A DNA stretch of 63,911 bases, counting the filler, from Octopus bimaculoides (Eukaryota), in the NCBI RefSeq assembly GCF_001194135.2. It is 8 parts of 8 records of this genome, joined end to end, with 100 filler letters (N's around TTAATTAATTAA, not from the genome) between each part and the next. Parts side by side here need not be neighbours in the genome. Positions count along the whole stretch, not along the records: positions 4,172 to 13,082 come from NC_068985.1; positions 13,183 to 18,146 come from NC_068981.1; positions 18,247 to 27,889 come from NC_068987.1; 5 more parts are not named here. One strand, written 5' to 3'. Shown here piece after piece: positions 10,747 through 22,851 of this stretch. Every line of letters begins with the position of its first letter. Position 1 is the first letter of the stretch. Under the pieces are notes generated by a model. That model was not told the DNA's origin. It ran no database searches and saw only the letters and a list, made by a program, of their open reading frames with translations. The position numbers and the translations under genes are program-made.

Positions 10747-11081
10747 NNNNNNNNNNNNNNNNNNNNNNNNNNNNNNNNNNNNNNNNNNNNNNNNNNNNNN
10801 NNNNNNNNNNNNNNNNNNNNNNNNNNNNNNNNNNNNNNNNNNNNNNNNNNNNNNNNNNNNNNNNNNNNNNNNNNNNNNNNNNNNNNNNNNNNNNNNNNNN
10901 NNNNNNNNNNNNNNNNGTGCTTATGTTATGTCCCCGTCACTTAGCGGTTCGGCAAAAAAGACCGATAGAATAAGTACTAGGCTTACAAAGAACAAGTCCA
11001 GGGGTCGATTTGCTCAACTAAAGGCGGTGCTCCAGCATGGCCACAGTCAAATGACTGAAACAAGTAAAAGAGTAAAAGAGT
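10518..11081 (+). mobile_element. SINE family A, full length, with expanded internal (TA)/(TG) tract containing an assembly gap
   Basis: A-box TGGCTGTGTGG, B-box GGTTCAGTCCC, CORE-like ATCTTGGGCAAGT, internal microsatellite, tail ...GACTGAAACAAGTAAAAGAGTAAAAGAG. Confidence 0.95.
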
Positions 11082-11165
11082 ATGTTTCATAATGTTGTCC
11101 TAGAATCATAAGTTTAAAATAATAATCTTTTTTTAAAGTTGAGATTTAACATCTGGAACGGTTTT

Positions 11166-11341
11166 GGATCTATTTTAAAACGGGGGCCACATTTTTCATT
11201 AATGTTTTACGTAGTGTTTTTGGTACGGAAAGACTTTCAAACTTCGAGAAAAAGATGTTTTATATGACACATTCTACCAGTGTTCCAAGTTTCAAAGTGT
11301 TTCGTTAATGAAAAATGTGGCCCCCGTTTTAAAAAAGATCC
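11166..11341. mobile_element. MITE with ~37-bp TIRs and 8-bp TSD (Merlin-like by GG termini)
   Basis: TIRs GGATCTATTTTAAAACGGGGGCCACATTTTTCATTAA and TTAATGAAAAATGTGGCCCCCGTTTTAAAAAAGATCC. TSD ACGGTTTT at 11158-11165 and 11342-11349. Confidence 0.9.
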
Positions 11342-11689
11342 ACGGTTTTGATTGTAAATCAACTTTTACCCTACACAATTCCAGATGAACCCTAATGTGG
11401 GTTTAGGGTTAGGGTTGATCAGTGACTATACCGGCCTACAGCCACGAACCTTCTAGATTCCAGGTCTGTGTAAGAAACAAATTCGTTTTTAGAATCATGA
11501 TCATGTAGACTTTTACTACTGTCAGTACTATGATCATTAACAGTAACCCATTTCCACCCAACGCTACTACTACTAATACTGCTGCTGCTGTTGGAATCGC
11601 TATACGTGATGCTGCAGTTTCTGCAGATAAGATCGCTGTCGTTATCACTACTACCGATTCTGCTGTTACTGTTCTTGCTACAACAACAA

Positions 11690-11850
<161 letters not shown>

Positions 11851-11894
11851 TTAGTGTTGGTGGGCGATGGACGATGTTAACCCGAATTGCTGTT

Positions 11895-12300
11895 TAAGAA
11901 AAGAAACGAGGAATTGAAATAATGAAATGGGTGAATAACTGGAGTAGTGGGAGGTGAAGGAACATTAAGAAATTAAGAAAGAAAGAAAGAAAGAAAGGAA
12001 GGAAGGAAGAAAGAAAAGAAAAGAAAACGAAAGCAAGAAAGGAGGGAGGAAAAGAAAGAAAAGAAAAAAACAAGAAAGAAAGCAAGCAAAAAAGGCGGAA
12101 GGAAGGAAGGAAGGAGGGGGAAAGAAAGAAGGAAAAAGAAAGAAAGACAGAAAGGAAGGAAGGAAGGAAGAAAAGAAGAAAGAAAGTCAGAAAAAAGAAA
12201 GGAAAATAAGAAAGTAGGAAAAGCGAAAGAAAGAAAGAAAGAAAGAAAGAAAGGAAGGAAGGAAGGAAGAAAGGCGGTTGAGAGGAATGACGAAGGAAAT
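11895..12300. repeat. Purine-rich low-complexity tract (GAAA/GGAA)
   Basis: Direct reading. Confidence 0.9.
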
Positions 12301-13625
12301 AAAGAATCTGAGAAGGTTTGAATAATGTGACAGTAATTGCGTGTAAGCTCGTTCCCTCAGATTGGATGTATTTGGCGAAACCATTTCTAAAGATGTTTCA
12401 TAAAAGGTTAGCCTAGAGAAGGATTCGAAATCGTGAAGAATCAACTTGCTATGATCAAGGCATTTGGTTAACCATCTAATTTAGTAAGATAAGTGAGTGA
12501 CTCGAACGAAATTTTTATTTATTTATTTATTTATTTATTTGCATAATACGTACAACACCTGCTGAGCAGCACAGATAAGGTAAACAAACAGAAGACTGGA
12601 GAAATCTTTCTTAGAGTTGTTTATCTCGTATTTCCTGTCTGCTGGTTTAGATATTTATTAATTCTTCTATTTCTTCAACTTAATATTGTGACTAATGAAC
12701 AATGTTGAAAAATAAATAAATAAATAAATAAATAAATAAATTCTGCGAGGAATGTTTGTTTGTTTATTGTTTGTTACTTAACATCCATAAATATTTCTGC
12801 TGCAGAATTCCGTCTTCCATGATATATATTACACATATATAAGGGCACATCACTCACATACGCAGACGTACGCACACACACATAATCATTTGTACGTGAG
12901 TACATTTAACGTGTGCTTAATAAAGAATTCAATATGGATTATCGAATAAAATAGTATTTATTATCAATCGTGACTTGTCTATACCGAAGTTTTGCCGATG
13001 CTGGTTTCTCAAAGCAGAGCTGCCGGTATGGGTGAAACTTCGCAGTATAGCATTTACCATTGATATAATATATATATATATANNNNNNNNNNNNNNNNNN
13101 NNNNNNNNNNNNNNNNNNNNNNNNNNTTAATTAATTAANNNNNNNNNNNNNNNNNNNNNNNNNNNNNNNNNNNNNNNNNNNNTATATATACATATATAAA
13201 ATGCTTTGCAATATATTTATTCTGTCTACATTCTGGATTCAAATCCTGCTGAGATCAGCTTTGCCTTTCATTCCTCTGGTGTTGATAGAAAAGAATACCA
13301 GTCTAGTACTGTGGTTGATGTGATTAACTACATCCCCCCTCAACTCTTCTTATAATCGCTGGCCACAAGATCTAAACATGTAATGCAAAATGTCTCATAC
13401 AATAAAAGGTTAAGTGAAAAAAAACTAAGAGGTGAGCAGCCACTCTGACCACCTTCCTCTCTGACTTGCCTTGTATTGGATCCTTTGAAATTTGCCAAGA
13501 GCATCATCAATTTTGTCCAAACTGCAAGGTCTCCTACATCCTCTGGATAGTACATAGTTTTCCTTCTTATTATCATTAAACCATTGTTTGGGTTTCTATC
13601 AGTTATCTATGATCTTTGGATGGAT

Positions 13626-13930
13626 GCCTTATTGGCATTCGTGCCGGTGGCATGTGAACAAAACATTACACTGACTCCTGTGCAGGTGGCATGTAAAAAG
13701 CACCATATGAGTGTTGCCGTTGCCAGTACCGCCAAACTGGCCCTCTTCCCATGGCACGTAAAATGCACCCACTACACTCTTGGAGTGGTTGGCGTTAGGA
13801 AGGGTATCCAGCTGTAGAAACTCTGCCAGATCAGATTGGAGTCTGGTGTAGCCAGCTGGTTCGCCAGTTCCCAGTCAAATCGACCAACCCATGCTAGCAT
13901 GGAAAGCGGACGTTAAATGATGATGATGAT
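13626..13930 (+). mobile_element. RTE-clade 3' tail copy
   Basis: Same modules and GCATGGAAAGCGGACGTTAAA(TGA)n end as 2905-3960. Confidence 0.9.
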
Positions 13931-14954
13931 ACAGTAGTTGTTTCTTTTTTTTTTAGGTTTTTTGGTATTTCCATTATAGATCATGGTTTTCATTTTGGAC
14001 AACCCGGAAGTTTAGCTTTTCCTTGAAGATGGATTCTTTTTCACTTTTTTTTCCCCCCATTCTTGTTGTCCTCAGTGGTTTCCCTTCTTTCTCTAGGCTT
14101 CAGCCCATCATGCTGCTGACAGCCTCTGGTCAGCTCTATACTGGAGGAGGTGAGGTCTCATCTTCTTGCTTTCATATCTGTCTCACTGACCCCTGTCTGA
14201 ATTTGGTGACTGTGAGGATCATTGTCTATGCTTCTGACCTAGTTATCCTCTGAGCTTTGACTTGTAGTGTTGTAACAATAGCACCCACCTCTTATTTTCA
14301 GTTTTCCTTCTCTGGTTCAAGCTCCAATACAAGTAGCAGGGTAATGTCAAGAAACAGAGATCTATAAAAGAATGAATGAAGTACTGTGGTTGATACGATT
14401 GACTAAAAAAACTAAACATTCAAGGTGATGCCCCAACATAGCAACAGTTAGTGACTGAAGCCAGTAAAAGAGTTTTTAAGAAAATAGAAGAAATAATTTA
14501 CTTGTTTTTTGTTTTTCTTTGCTCAGTACATAATTATTTCTGATTAGCCTTGTAATGATTCTTCCTGCATTAAATGAGTTAACACTAATTTAATGATGGT
14601 TATTACAAGTTAACTTGCTTAAATATTCCCTCATTACTTCTTTCACAGTTTTAACATTTTAAAACAGTTTTAGCACTAAAACTGCTAACAGATCTTTTGA
14701 CAAGCCAGCAAGGGAACATCCCTATGGTTGCTTGATTTGCTACCCTCAAATTATTCCTCACCAGCTTTAAACAAAACAAAACAAAAAAGCAAGGATGTAT
14801 TGAATAGTTTAGAGTTCTGAGATACCCTATCTCTAAGTAAAAATTGACTGGCTGACCATATTTGACTGCCGCTAACTATAAGCTACTTAATCAACGCTGA
14901 CTTAGGGCTAAATAACAACGACTGAATATATTATATTACAAACTCCAGGCATTT

Positions 14955-15145
14955 GTGCCTACTTGGGAGCCTATGTGATCATTCAACCAACTAGACATAG
15001 CAGCCAAATCTCTCTCAAATCACACATTATCATTTTTAGAAAAAGAAGAAGAAAGGAAGAACACATTGGATACAATATGTTTGAATAAAAGATAGGTTGA
15101 TCACTACTATGGTGCTTTTGATCATAAATCTACAGGGTTAAGGCT
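14955..15145 (+). repeat. Unclassified old interspersed repeat (family E)
   Basis: Core CTAGAAATAACAGCCAAA-like, shared with ~10465-10510 and ~17010-17100. Confidence 0.5.
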
Positions 15146-15294
15146 GACTTGTGACTAAACTGCTGCTGCTGCAACTACTACCACTACTGCTACTACTATT
15201 ACTATTAATATTATTCATTTATTATTGTTTAGCTTCACCATAATTGAGCTTTTTATAAGCAATTAATCTAAAATTAAGATAGATATATTATTAT

Positions 15295-15480
15295 CATTAC
15301 CATTTAACACCCATGTTCCTTACTGGCATAGGTTGGATGGTTTGACAGAATCAGTGGGCCCAAAGACTGCATTGTGCTCCAGTGTCTGCTTTGGCATGGT
15401 TTCTACAGCTGAATGCACTTCCTGTTGCCAACTACCTTATAGTGAGTACCAGGTGCATTTTTCATGCCACCTGCACTATA
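15295..15480 (-). mobile_element. Old, degenerate RTE 3' tail copy
   Basis: CATTTAACACCCATGTTCC...GGTTTCTACAGCTGAATGC...GGTGCATTTTTCATGCCACCTGCAC is a diverged reverse match to the RTE tail. Confidence 0.65.
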
Positions 15481-15775
15481 AGATCACCATGTAGTCTGCA
15501 ACAGTACAAACCCCAATGAGGTGGGTGTGTACTATTGTTAGGAGATAAGTAAGAGGAGAGGGATAAAGTATGAGGGAAAAGGGCCAGAGCAGAACAAGTT
15601 TCTTGTTGTAGAGAATGTGACATTTCAATAGCAGGGTTAAGTATTAAAGATATTAAGATTTTGACATGCCTGGTTAAAATATTTTGCCATCTTTAGCTTA
15701 TGTACTATATTGATTTATTTCCTATATTTTCGTATGTTGTTTTAAATTATCAATTTTTTCCTTTCAAAACTTCAG

Positions 15776-16016
15776 CTACCTGTATTACACTGACTGGGGT
15801 ACAGAACCAAAGATTGCCAGAGCATTTTTGGATGGTTCTGAGATTGAAATTCTCAAGAGTGAAGATTTAAGTAGCCCTAATGGGTTAACTATTGATAATG
15901 GTCAACTCTATGTGACAGACTCTAATTATCAGAATAAAACATCTGGACCACAGATATGGTTATTCAATATGGCTACTAATGAGTGGAAGCGGTTTCCAGT
16001 GTCTACTGACCTCAAG
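15776..16016 (+). CDS. Internal exon of an LDL-receptor-family (LRP-like) protein, YWTD beta-propeller repeats
   Basis: Acceptor TTTTTTCCTTTCAAAACTTCAG, donor AAG|GTATGT, 241 nt, phase 2 to 0. Peptide YLYYTDWGTEPKIARAFLDGSEIEILKSEDLSSPNGLTIDNGQLYVTDSNYQNKTSGPQIWLFNMATNEWKRFPVSTDLK has YYTDW, IARAxLDG, PNGLTID and LYVTD motifs. Paralogue not identifiable from one exon. Confidence 0.92.
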
Positions 16017-17815
16017 GTATGTTCTCAAAATTAAAGCAGTTCTTTCTTAGAACAAATAAAATCAATTGGCATCAGAAGTAAAAAGAATCTAACTCTCCAG
16101 GTTCTTAAATCCTTCAATAGAGACTATGTCTTCTTCTACTGACCAAGAGTTAGAAATGATAGATTTTTTTTTTCTACTCCTCATGTCAATTGATTTTATT
16201 TGATTATTCGATATTCAGCAAAATTTCCTTTTTGATTAATTGTTGCTGACACAGACCCCCAGGGTTTGGATTTTATTTTAGTGTCACAATTAATTAACTA
16301 ATTCTCACCATCGTTATTCATCATGTTCACCACCATCATTATCATCATTATTATCTTATCCCTTATAAACATGTCATCATCATCACTGTCACCACCACCA
16401 TCATTATCTTCATCAACACCATTGCCATCACCACCATCATGTCATCTTTATCAGCACTATCACCATTATCCTCACCACCAACACCACATCAACAACATCA
16501 TTGTCATCATCATCAACACTGTTATTGTTAACAGTTGTCTTCATCATATCATCAATTTCACCAGTACTACCATAATCTTCTTCACAACCTCTACTGCTAC
16601 CATCATCATCATTTCCAAGAACCAATGAAGGAGTTCAGTTTAAATCGATTATTCATATATCCAGTATATTCAAGATTTACCTAGATAAGGGAACAGATGC
16701 ACTTAATCTATACAATAATGTACCCAGTTAAATGTGTGAACTGTAAGCTAGAATTTTACCACATTTGTTACTATATTTCTAATGAAGAGACTGCTTGTAT
16801 TTCAATTAATTTTCAATATAATCAAAATCATTTTCATCATCATTTAACGTCCATTTTCCATTAGAAGGAGACACTGCATAATTATAAATCTAAATACATT
16901 GATTGAATGAAAAAAGACAGAATGGCCATGGTTGGAATGCCTTTAATCATAGGTTTGCTTCATTAGAGCTAAACAATAATAATGTATTATATATTAGATA
17001 TCTAGTCAACTTCGGTGTCTCTATATATTCAGTCAACCAGCTAGAAATAACAGCCAAACCTGCCTCATATCATACCCCACCATCTTAAAAAAGGAAAGGT
17101 ACAACAGATGATGTGGTTTTGATATTGGTCACTTTCAGCCCAATATATATTACACACATAATGACTAACTGAAATTTTATCTCTTTCATGGGATTTTAAT
17201 ATAAATATCAACACATTTGTATGAGTGGGTTGGTGTCCAAGGAAATTAAACCAGCAGCCAATATAATGTAAATTACAAGCTATTTACAGTTTCTTCATAA
17301 ATGTTTCTTATTTTAGTGTGACCACACTTTTAGATCAATACTACTGCAATTAAAGAAACAGGGTCTTTTGTTTTAAGAGGCCTTATGTTATCATTATAGA
17401 GCTTTAGATTGGTTACCATTGGAGATAATCACATACATATATTAGTCTCTTCTACAGTTAGATAGCCAGTGAGACAAGGTTTCTTTTCATTATTATTGGA
17501 GAGCCTTATACTCTTAGACTGGAATATCTGCAACTAGACAGCTAGAGAAAGTTTCCTTGATTAGCAAGAATTTTGATTACCTTTAGAAAGTTTCACACTT
17601 TAAAATTGGTATTAGTACTGTTAACCAGGAAGAGACAGGGTTACTTGGCTCAGGATAATTTTGGTTATCATTGTAGAGCATCACAGATTGGTAATTATGA
17701 AGCCAGAAAATTTTATCAAATTCACTGTAGAATGTTATACTAATACATTTATTATTGAAAATATTATGTAATTATGGCCATGTGCATTATACTGATATCA
17801 TTACAGATATTTGTT

Positions 17816-18146
17816 ATCATCATCATCATCATCATCATCGTTTAACGTCCGCTTTCCATGCTAGCATGGGTTGGACGATTTGACTGAGGACTGGTGAAAC
17901 AGGATGGCAACACCAGGCTCCAATCTAATTTGGCAGAGTTTCTACAGCTGGATGCCTTTCCTAACGCCAACCACTCAGAGAGTGTAGTGGGTGCTTTTAC
18001 GTGTCACCCGCACGAAAACGGCCACGCTCGAAATGGTGTCTTTTATGTGCCACCTGCACAAGCCAGTCCAGGGGCACTGGCAACGATCTCACTCGAAAAT
18101 CCTACGGGAGCCAGTCAGGCGGTACTGGCAACGGCCACGCTCAAAA
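17816..18146 (-). mobile_element. RTE-clade 3' tail copy (truncated by gap)
   Basis: (CAT)nCGTTTAACGTCCGCTTTCCATGCTAGCATGGG... is the reverse complement of the 13626-13930 tail. Confidence 0.9.
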
Positions 18147-18246
18147 NNNNNNNNNNNNNNNNNNNNNNNNNNNNNNNNNNNNNNNNNNNNTTAATTAATT
18201 AANNNNNNNNNNNNNNNNNNNNNNNNNNNNNNNNNNNNNNNNNNNN

Positions 18247-18284
<38 letters not shown>

Positions 18285-18589
18285 TTTACATATATATTTA
18301 CACACACACACATTTATACATACATATATATACATATTTGTATATATATATATGTGTGTATGTATATATAGAAGGGATTCAAAAGAGTACTTTTTGTGTG
18401 TTTTCTTTTTTTTTTCTTTCAATTCAAGAACTGCGCATAAAAAGAAAATAGAACTTTACTAAAAGAAGATTATTGAGATGTATAGAAGACACATGATAGG
18501 AATATGATTCATAATGTAGTGAGGATAAAAATAGTTGTATATAAATATGTGCGTGTGTATATAATTCTGTCCATATCAGATAATTTCAG

Positions 18590-19405
<816 letters not shown>

Positions 19406-19419
19406 ATTTAATTCTTTAA

Positions 19420-20300
19420 CTGCTTTCGGCCTGAGAGCTGCGTTATGGTGGGGGACCGCCGTTGACTTTGCTACAACATCGCTACTTGAGTGTTTCTCAT
19501 TTGTGTGATGGAGGTAGCTTCATGTTGGTACCCTCATCTGCGTTTCCTGCTGTGAGGTAGATCCAGTTCTGCCTCCTTGGTTACTGGTGAAGTTGCAAAT
19601 AACTCCAAAGTAACAGTTTTGAACTGTTTGTTCAATATTTCACCTATGCTCATGGGGTTTTTCTGTCCGTTTGGAAGAAGGACCCTATTTTGTAACGCAT
19701 TGAGGCCATTTCTTTGGTAAAGTTTACTGCCTCTTTTATTTTTGTCTTCCTTCTGAAAGGAAGTTCTGTTTTAGACCCATGTACTTTTGGCAGGGCTTCT
19801 GATGTACAAAATGGCAGCTTGCACCATCGTCACAATGCCAGAAGATTCCTTGCACGTAGAATCTGCATATATTTCTCATTTGCTTCTGTTCCTTGAATTT
19901 CCTACTGCGTAGTTGGAGTTCATCTATTTTGCTCCAATGTTGTTTGTTTTACTTCCTTCTCTTTTTCTTTTATTCCTTGCTCTTCATTGGTTTTCAGAGC
20001 TTTTGCTTTCTCACTAATAAGATTTCGTTTTCTTCCTTTTTCAGCTCTTTCATCTATTTGACTGACGACAGCAATGGATGGGGGCGGGATCAGTATCAGC
20101 GTTTGTTTTGTTAGCAAGTCTCTCAGTCGTGGCTTTCACTTTGTTCCTTAGGGGGTCAGCTGAGACCGGGAGACTAATCCCTCCCTTTTCAATTTCTCCA
20201 TCTTTCTTCCATCTTTGCCGCATTTTTCAGTGCTGCCGCGAACGTTGTTTGGAAGATCTCCGTCTGCAATTTTTCAGACTCGTAGACATAATTGCTGTAT
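19420..20300 (-). mobile_element. Decayed LINE ORF1-like fragment with CCCH-type zinc finger (CR1/L2-like)
   Basis: Minus frame NICRFYVQGIFWHCDDGASCHFVHQKPCQKY at ~19775-19875, preceded by charged coiled-coil-like remnants. Clade assignment by eye. Confidence 0.4.
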
Positions 20301-20305
20301 ATACC

Positions 20306-20700
20306 GAGAGAGAGAGTGAGAGAGAGAGGGAGAGAGAGAGAGAGAGAGAGAGGAAGAGAGAGAGATAGAGAGAAGAGAGAGAGAGGAAGAGAGAGAGAGA
20401 GAGGAAGAGAGAGAGAGAGAGGAAGAGAGAGGGAGAGGAAGAGAGAAAGAGAGGAAGAGATAGAGAGAGAGGAAGAGAGAAAGAGAGGAAGAGAGAGAGA
20501 GAGGAAGAGAGAGAGAGGAAGAGAGGGAGAGAGGGAGAGAGAGAGAGAGGAAGAGAGAGAGAGGGAGAGAGAAAAAGGGAGAGAGAGAAAGGGAGAGTGA
20601 TGAGAGAGAAAGACAGACAAACAGAAAGGCAGAAAGAGTGAGGAGGAAAGAAAAATGGGAGAGAAAGAGGAAAGGGAGAGAGGAGGAGAGATAGAAGGGG
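20306..20700. repeat. (GA)n / GAGAGGAA compound tract
   Basis: Direct reading. Confidence 0.95.
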
Positions 20701-21011
20701 ATTGCATAAGTATGTACACACAGATACGCGCGTGTGTGTATGTGTGTGTGTGCATGAAAGTGGGTATGTGTACGCGTAAATATTTCTCCAGAAATATTGT
20801 TTTTATACATTTAACTTTATGCGTGTGCATGCACATACATGTTTACACACACACACGCACGCACACACACAATGACATGCATATACACTTTTACATATAG
20901 GGACAGAGAGAGGGGGAAGGGTAGAGAGATAGATACTTACATTAGTGTAATGTATATAAATAGAGATAAAATCAAAGATAAGGAAGACCTATGAAAAACA
21001 CCCAAACACCA

Positions 21012-21368
21012 GTTGGCACTCCGTCGCTTACGACGACGAGGGTTCCAGTTGATCCGATCAACTGAACAGCCTGCTCGTGAAATTAATGTGCAAGTGGTTG
21101 AGCACTCCACAGACGCGTGTACCCTTAACGCAGTTCTCGGGGATATTCAGCGTAACACAGTGTGACAAGGCTGGCCCTTTGAATTACAGGCACAACAGAG
21201 ACAGGAAGTAAGAGTGAGAGAAAGTTGTGGTGAAAGAGTACAGCAGGGTTCGCCACCATCCCCTGCCGGAGCCTCGTGGAGCTTTCGGTGTTTTCGCTCA
21301 ATAGACACTCACAACGCCCGGTCTGAGAATCGAAACCGTGATCCTATGACCGCGAGTCCGCTGCCCTA
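21012..21368 (-). mobile_element. SINE family C (head cut by gap)
   Basis: Near-identical to 8275-8651. Confidence 0.95.
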
Positions 21369-21980
21369 NNNNNNNNNNNNNNNNNNNNNNNNNNNNNNNN
21401 NNNNNNNNNNNNNNNNNNNNNNNNNNNNNNNNNNNNNNNNNNNNNNNNNNNNNNNNNNNNNNNNNNNNNNNNNNNNNNNNNNNNNNNNNNNNNNNNNNNN
21501 NNNNNNNNNNNNNNNNNNNNNNNNNNNNNNNNNNNNNNNNNNNNNNNNNNNNNNNNNNNNNNNNNNNNNNNNNNNNNNNNNNNNNNNNNNNNNNNNNNNN
21601 NNNNNNNNNNNNNNNNNNNNNNNNNNNNNNNNNNNNNNNNNNNNNNNNNNNNNNNNNNNNNNNNNNNNNNNNNNNNNNNNNNNNNNNNNNNNNNNNNNNN
21701 NNNNNNNNNNNNNNNNNNNNNNNNNNNNNNNNNNNNNNNNNNNNNNNNNNNNNNNNNNNNNNNNNNNNNNNNNNNNNNNNNNNNNNNNNNNNNNNNNNNN
21801 NNNNNNNNNNNNNNNNNNNNNNNNNNNNNNNNNNNNNNNNNNNNNNNNNNNNNNNNNNNNNNNNNNNNNNNNNNNNNNNNNNNNNNNNNNNNNNNNNNNN
21901 NNNNNNNNNNNNNNNNNNNNNNNNNNNNNNNNNNNNNNNNNNNNNNNNNNNNNNNNNNNNNNNNNNNNNNNNNNNNNNNN

Positions 21981-22038
<58 letters not shown>

Positions 22039-22699
22039 TGCGCGTGTACGTGCGCGTGTGTGTATGTATGTATATAATGTAAGTAAATGTATATGTGTGT
22101 GCATGTATATAGTTGAGTGTTTCATTGTGTGTATGTATGTGTACCTGGTGTGTTGCATCAATGAGAACACCCGTCCATGTATTTTACTTAACAAATAAGC
22201 GAATCCAAGCACATTAATTGTCAGCCTCAGGGCGGCTCGACAAATACCGACAACTCTTATTTTAGCGAATCAGGTACCTTTGGCTCTTTATACGTAACAG
22301 GTGTTATAGTTGTGTATGTATCCAACAACGCAGTCAGTCGTGCCATGCGTTACGGTCCGTTGCTATTATAGACAGCAGCATATATAGTTCCACAAAAATT
22401 TCGACATAATACAATTAAGAAAATAGAACGCTGTAATGAATCTCAACAATCAGTACTAGTTTGATAACATAACTTTGTTATTATCGATACAGTTTTCATT
22501 AAAAGCATCTGTTAACCGGAATGAAACGTCAAATGAACACAATATAGATAAGTGTCTAAAGTAGAGCCATTTGCATGTCATCACGTTCATTGGGTAACAT
22601 ATGCATTTATACGCTTTCGTTCCCATAAACGGATTGACTGGATTTATAAATGAAAAATGCAAAAGTATACGCGCGCTTAAGAGGATTGATAGAGACAGG

Positions 22700-22737
<38 letters not shown>

Positions 22738-22759
22738 TATAGATAGCTATCTATCTATC

Positions 22760-22851
<92 letters not shown>

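Noticed and set aside
11388-11417. AACCCTAA...TTAGGGTTAGGGTT telomere-like motif
   Set aside because: Only two units; too short to call an interstitial telomere.
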